From Anthoceros angustus (Eukaryota > Plantae > Anthocerotophyta), in assembly GCA_010909165.1 (NCBI GenBank), contig VJWM01000103.1:496001-560000 (forward strand): 64,000 bases of DNA, read 5' to 3'. The translations under genes and the position numbers were made by a program. The notes under the pieces were generated by a model. That model did not search any database, was not told the DNA's origin, and worked only from the letters and a program-made list of their open reading frames with translations. This document shows, one piece after another, positions 58,860 to 64,000 of the stretch. How positions within the stretch are numbered: the first letter of the stretch is position 1; each line of letters starts with the position of its first letter.

Positions 58860-59966
58860 ACGTGCCCCGTATTTTTCTTTACTTCAAGCATCTCGCCCGG
58901 GGTGATGCCCGCAGGGTCTGCGGCAGGACGCAGCAGACGAGTGGGATGCATGATACCGTTGGTGGCCTGCCCGGCCACGTCTTGGACTGAGAAGCTCATG
59001 TAACACGCCGGGGGTGACATGCTCCTCCAATCGTGCGCTCGCCGCCCGGCCACAAGTCCTGTATGCCGGGCAGCCACGGAAGAGCACGGGTCGAACTTAT
59101 CTTCTGAGTGTCGAGATCATTTGTATTTTAAAATATTTAGTCTTAAACCCTCAGCGAGGGGCCGACTGTACTTACGTTGCGGGTACGAGCAAGGCGACTG
59201 CCAGGTGGCGGGTGGCGCGGGCAATGGGAATGCGGTCACCGGGTCTGCAGTAGCCTAACCGCCTAACCCTCGACAAACCTGGCTAAAGGACAGGATAGAG
59301 ACAAGCGGCAGGACGTACAATCGTATCTGGCGCGACGTCTGGGCTTCCAAGTTCCCGGAACCGGGGTCCTGGACGCCCGGAGTCCGGACCTGCGTGTGCG
59401 CCAGGCCCGGCCCGATGCTTGTGTTCCACACGTTTCTTGATCCATAACCAACCGAGCATATCCATGCAGGCATATGATATATATAGTAAGCAGTTGTCGG
59501 AACTCGGAACGGGGGCCGTATTGAAGGCCGGATGGGCCAGGCCGGCCAGCCTGGCCCGCCGCAACCCGGTGGGCGACCGGTGGGGCCGGTGGGCGACCGG
59601 TGGGGCCGGTGGCCAAGGGGGCAAAAAATATCAGGCGAATTGTCACTGGTCGGAGTTGAGGACACGCAAGGCCTTGAAGGCGATTAAAAATGTCAGGGAG
59701 GCAGCCGCTCGTGCTCGTGCTCGTGCTCGTGCGAGGGAGTGGCGACGCGGTGACTGTTTGTGTCCGGCAGCTGGGATGCGAAATCGAGCGATGCAGGGCA
59801 GGGCGGGGGGCCGGGGCCGGGGCTCTGCTGCAGATGGTTGCCGGATCATGATCTGCTGGTGCTGGAGTCGGGAGCGGCTCGGTCCAGCGTCCAGCCTGGG
59901 GCAAGCCTTGGCGGCCTGGCCGCGCACCAGGTGAAGAGCTGCTCGTCGATCCGCGGAAGGCCGAGG

Positions 59967-62900
59967 ATGTCAGTCGCCAGGCCGAAATGGCTGCTCGGCC
60001 TGCAGTCCTCGTCGCTGTTCCGGCCGCCTCCGCGCGATGGGCACGAGCGGCAGGTTAGGGTTGTCGCGGCCAATTGCGGGTGCTTGGGTCGGTGGGTCGC
60101 GGAAGGTGCTTAGTGCTTTTGTGGCTGCAGATGGAGATACTGGGGTACCTGGAGCTCATGGTGCAATGCGCCTCCGAGAGTTTTGTGGATGAAGTGAACG
60201 AGGTACTGGATGGGGGGGTGAGGGTTGGGTTGGTGAGGACGGCGTGGCTCGGGTTCTCACGCTTGCGTGTGCCCCTTGTTGCAGCTGGTGCGCGGCCACT
60301 ATCCCAAGGAGGAAGCTTGCCTTGTGGATGACGTGCTGGGTAAGCCCGTTTTCGGTGACGCGCTTCCGGTGGTGCGGGTTGTGGGTATCGGGGGGCTGAC
60401 TGTGTGCTTGCTTTCGTGTAGCTGCTTTTGTGCTTCACCATCCAGAGCATGCGCATGCAGTGCTTCATGCGCTGCTCTCATGCGTGATTGATGGGACCCT
60501 ACTGTACAGCAAGGAAGGCTCTCCCTTCCGTTGCTTCATTGCTCTGTTTAGCTCAGCCAATGAGGTACTCCACCCTTTCTTCTCGAGCGAAACGCTGCAC
60601 GCCCATTAGCCGCTTGTGATGTGTAGTGGTTGTTTGGAGGTTTCTGACTGGTGATGTGCTGTGGTGTCGTCATTTCAGAAAGATTTTTCAGAGCAGTGGG
60701 CTGTTGCCTGTGGGGAGACGCTTCGGTTATTGACTCATTATAACCGGCCGGTATACAAGTCTGATCTTGGTCCTAGCAGGAACGGTGAAGGCACCAGCAA
60801 TGATCCCCCACCTGCTCTCGTTGGAGAAGGGACCAGCAGAGGAGACGGTGAACGCTTTTCTGGTCATGAAGAGAAAAGGGTTCCGTACAGGCTTTTAACC
60901 CCTTGGATCACTGATAGTTTACTGGCTGCTCCCCTTGGTGTTAGAAGTGATTACTTTCGATGGTAAGATGGACCCCCACCACGTGGGTTCTTTGATTTTC
61001 CTCATATCATCGGTTTCAGAGTGTGTCCCAGTCGGGCAAAGGCCAAGCCTTTTGTTTGGTCCTCGCTATTTCTAGCGTCTGACAGCTTATTTTCTGGGTC
61101 TATGAGGTCGTTCTGAGCCAGGGTCTGTTGCCTGTGGGGATTGTGAAGGTGTGGAGGTGTTATGGGGAAGTATGCGGCTGGAGTAGACCTCAAGCCTCCA
61201 AGTACTGGTATAAGCTGTTAGATTTCGGATTGCATCTGTTTGCCGGTGAGAGTTGAGTCTGGCTGAATTCACATGTGGCATACAGCGCTTAGGAAATCTG
61301 TGGTGGCATGCCGTGGGTTGCAGTAGGAAAACTAGGACAAGGGAAGCAGCCTCAGCTCCTGCCATCCACTCCGAGGTGGGCTGTTGCAAATGGAGCTGCA
61401 GTCATCCTGAGTGTGTGTGATGATGAAGTGGAACGGTATCGATCAGCCCATCTGACTGCAGCAGCTGTGCCTGCACTCTTATTACCACCTGAGCCAGCAG
61501 CCCTAGATAACCATTTGGTGACGGGGTTGCCCCCGCTTGAACCATATGCTCAACTATTTCACAGGTATTTCTGTGTGTTGCTATGTCTAGCTTCGATGTT
61601 GTGTTCATTCTTCTCATTTATTGTTGCCTACGCTCTACAAGATGCTAGTACAGCGTTGCCTCCTTCATGTGTCTCGAGTGTGAGCATTCACTGATCATTG
61701 GAAACATACCATCTGCTTCAGGTACTATGCCTTAGCAACTCCAGAAGCAGCACAAAAACTTTACTAGGACTTCTAGAAGCACCCTCTTCATGGGCACCAG
61801 ATGCTCTGGATGCAGCTGTCCAGCTGGTTGTACTCTTGAGGTCTGCCGAAGATCTCAGTTCCTCTTTTCAGGTGCAACCTGGACTTCATGACGTTCTTCT
61901 TCCTGGTATCAGCTACATCATTTCAATTTTTCATGGACACCAGTATCTTCTATTAGTTTGCTTGTTCTGAAGAGATTGAGAATGACAGGAACTAGTGCTA
62001 TCTGCTGAACGTGCAGCTACCTCAGACATGGCTGCACTTGCATTTCCTCCGCCCCATTGGTAGCGCAATGGCCAGGCGATCAGGAGTCACTGCAGATGCA
62101 GCAGCTGCATTGCTCCTCCGGATTTTCTCACAGCCCGTGCTTCTCTTCCCACCACGTGGACATGCGCAAGGAGTCAGAGTAATTACACACCACTTTGAGC
62201 TTCCTGGCTATTCTGCTTTCAAAGATGAGGTAATGGAGTTGATTGAGGTGTATTAGCACACTGTGTGGTGAAGAGGTTTTCAAGCCATTCTTCTTTCTCC
62301 TGGTGATTGCAGATGGAAATGGCAGCAGTTCAGGCCAATGAGGAAGCAACTTCATGTGCCTTAGCAGCGCTGATGACTGAGCATGGACCTGATGTGGAAC
62401 GGCGTGTCTGCTCACTTTGGGAGCTGTCATATGGGTTGCAGCCTGTTGATGTGCCACAGCTGGATATGGCAACCCCTTTACAACCGCCTGTGTTGTCTTG
62501 GAATTTATTCCATCCACTTCTCAGAGTAATGGAGCATCTACAACGAGGCACTCGTTCACAAGCCTGTTTGCGCCGGGTCTTTTCAGCAACAGTTGAGACT
62601 ATAGTGCAGAGGACATTTCCATGTGAAGAGAACAAAGAGCAAAAGAGTGGGAGCCTCAGGGGATTTCAGGCAGGTGGTGGAGGGGCGGGTGCAAAGAGTG
62701 TAGGCATGGCTGAGTTACGAGCAATGGTGCACTGCCTCTTTACAGAGGCATGCCCATCTCCTGATGTGGCTGCTTACCTCCTTGCTGATGCTTTATTGCT
62801 GTGCCTCAGCCATGATGCCAAGTGGCAAAAGGAGATCCACTCTAACAAAGAACCCATCTCTCAAGCTGAAACACTGGGAGGTAATCATAAGAAGAGAACA

Positions 62901-64000
62901 TTTGGATCAGCAGGTGCAGATGACAGGGGGGCAGTAGCAACATTTGACTCCTACCTTGTTGCTGCAATGTGTGCCTTGGCTTGTGAGGTGCAAATGGTCT
63001 CGTTCTCTAGATCTGCTTCTTCCCTTCGACCATCAGCAGCTACAGGGGGTGAGCAGGTTGGCAGCAGTTCATTACCATCTCTTTCGAACGGGACACCTGT
63101 CGGCATTCAGCAAGCAAAGAGGGTTCTTGAACTTCTGGAGAGATTACTGGCTGAAGTCCCTTCACTTGCCGAACAGGGTGTGGGTAGCAGTTGCTCTGAC
63201 ATTGTAGGGGATGGTGTCATTGCTGCGCACATCTCTGGAGTCCTGGGTAATTCAAAAGCTTGCTTGCAGGCTCTTGCTGGTCTGGTACGTTGTAAGTGGG
63301 ATTCTGAGATATGTACACAAGCATCACATGCTCTTGAGCTGGTGCAAGCTTGTGTGCAATCAATGGTTGCAGTTACCAGTTCAGCACCTACAAGTAACAC
63401 GGAGCTTGCTGAAACGTGCATGGAGCCACCCAAGCCCAGTGTGAATGCTTCTGTGTCTGGCCAAGCCCTTGGTCAAGCGCTTTTGTACAGGATGCCACAC
63501 CAAAATAGGACTCCCTCTGGGAGTGTAAGGAATCCTCTGGGCAAGGGAGTAGGTGGCCCATCATCCAGGCTAGGAGCATTGAGAAGTCAGACAAGCATGC
63601 AAAAGAGGCCAAAGCATTCGGATGACCATTGGAGCAGTGGTCCAATACGTGTGATCCTAACTGAGAAGGATGAGCTGGTTGTCTCTGCGGTGCCTTTGAT
63701 ATGGCGAAGGTTGCTCCTTGCGCCAGACTCAACAAACATCGTGGATGGTGCTTCACCAAAACAGGGCTGGCGGCAGGTTGGTTGTAATGTGCTCGCCTGT
63801 GATTGAGTAGGAGTTATGTGGTTTTTCCATCGAAAACTAGTGACACCCACTTGTCCAGGTTATTGAAGCGCTGTGCAAGCTTGTGGAAACTTTTCCTGTA
63901 AAGGCGACATCAGCCATTCTTTTGCAGGTACCTCCTCTGTCAGCAACTGCCTACTTATGTAACTGTCTAACCTTTGAAACGTGGAGCTTGTTTTGAAACA
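59967..64000 (+). CDS. GI: GIGANTEA (partial, continues past the window end); apparent 1-nt deletion at 61760-61762
   Basis: 'KWLLGLQSSSLFRPPP', 'FVLHHPEH', 'SEQWAVACGETLRLLTHYNRP', 'PSTPRWAVANGA', 'WAPDALDAAVQL', 'LSWNLF', 'KQGWRQV'. Confidence 0.93.

Overview
Eukaryotic, land-plant nuclear DNA. A hornwort (Anthoceros-like) origin is the best inference: introns are about 80-120 nt, gene density is high, the PLS-PPR genes have the WW-type 'PGxSWWTD' box, and GIGANTEA is present. The window has two blocks. Bases 1 to ~19.4 kb are transposon-rich: a degenerate Ty1/copia element with a 3' LTR, a second LTR-element remnant, a CACTA element with its 3' TIR, two GT47 glycosyltransferase pseudogene copies (one split by a solo LTR with a 5-bp TSD), a truncated RLE/CRE-type non-LTR element with an 11-bp TSD, and one apparently intact secreted EG45/DPBB gene. 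From ~19.9 kb to 64 kb there are 18 tightly packed genes: CUE-domain protein, soluble hybrid histidine kinase, an orphan repeat protein, GMD, intronless ATG9, REC8/SYN1-like cohesin, MED22, FabG, a CBS-pair protein, a membrane-anchored 2H-phosphoesterase-like protein, VHA-D, two PLS-PPRs, a type I MADS gene, a coiled-coil membrane protein, eIF2-alpha, GPN2/QQT1 and GIGANTEA (runs off the window end). The most notable observations are a 1-nt frameshift in an otherwise intact GI, independent decay of the DYW deaminase domain in both PPR paralogues, an exact one-motif in-register deletion in PPR2, a His-rich insert in VHA-D, two U12-type introns in GPN2, and strong strand alternation of the genes. 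All family assignments come from motif recognition by eye; no searches were run.
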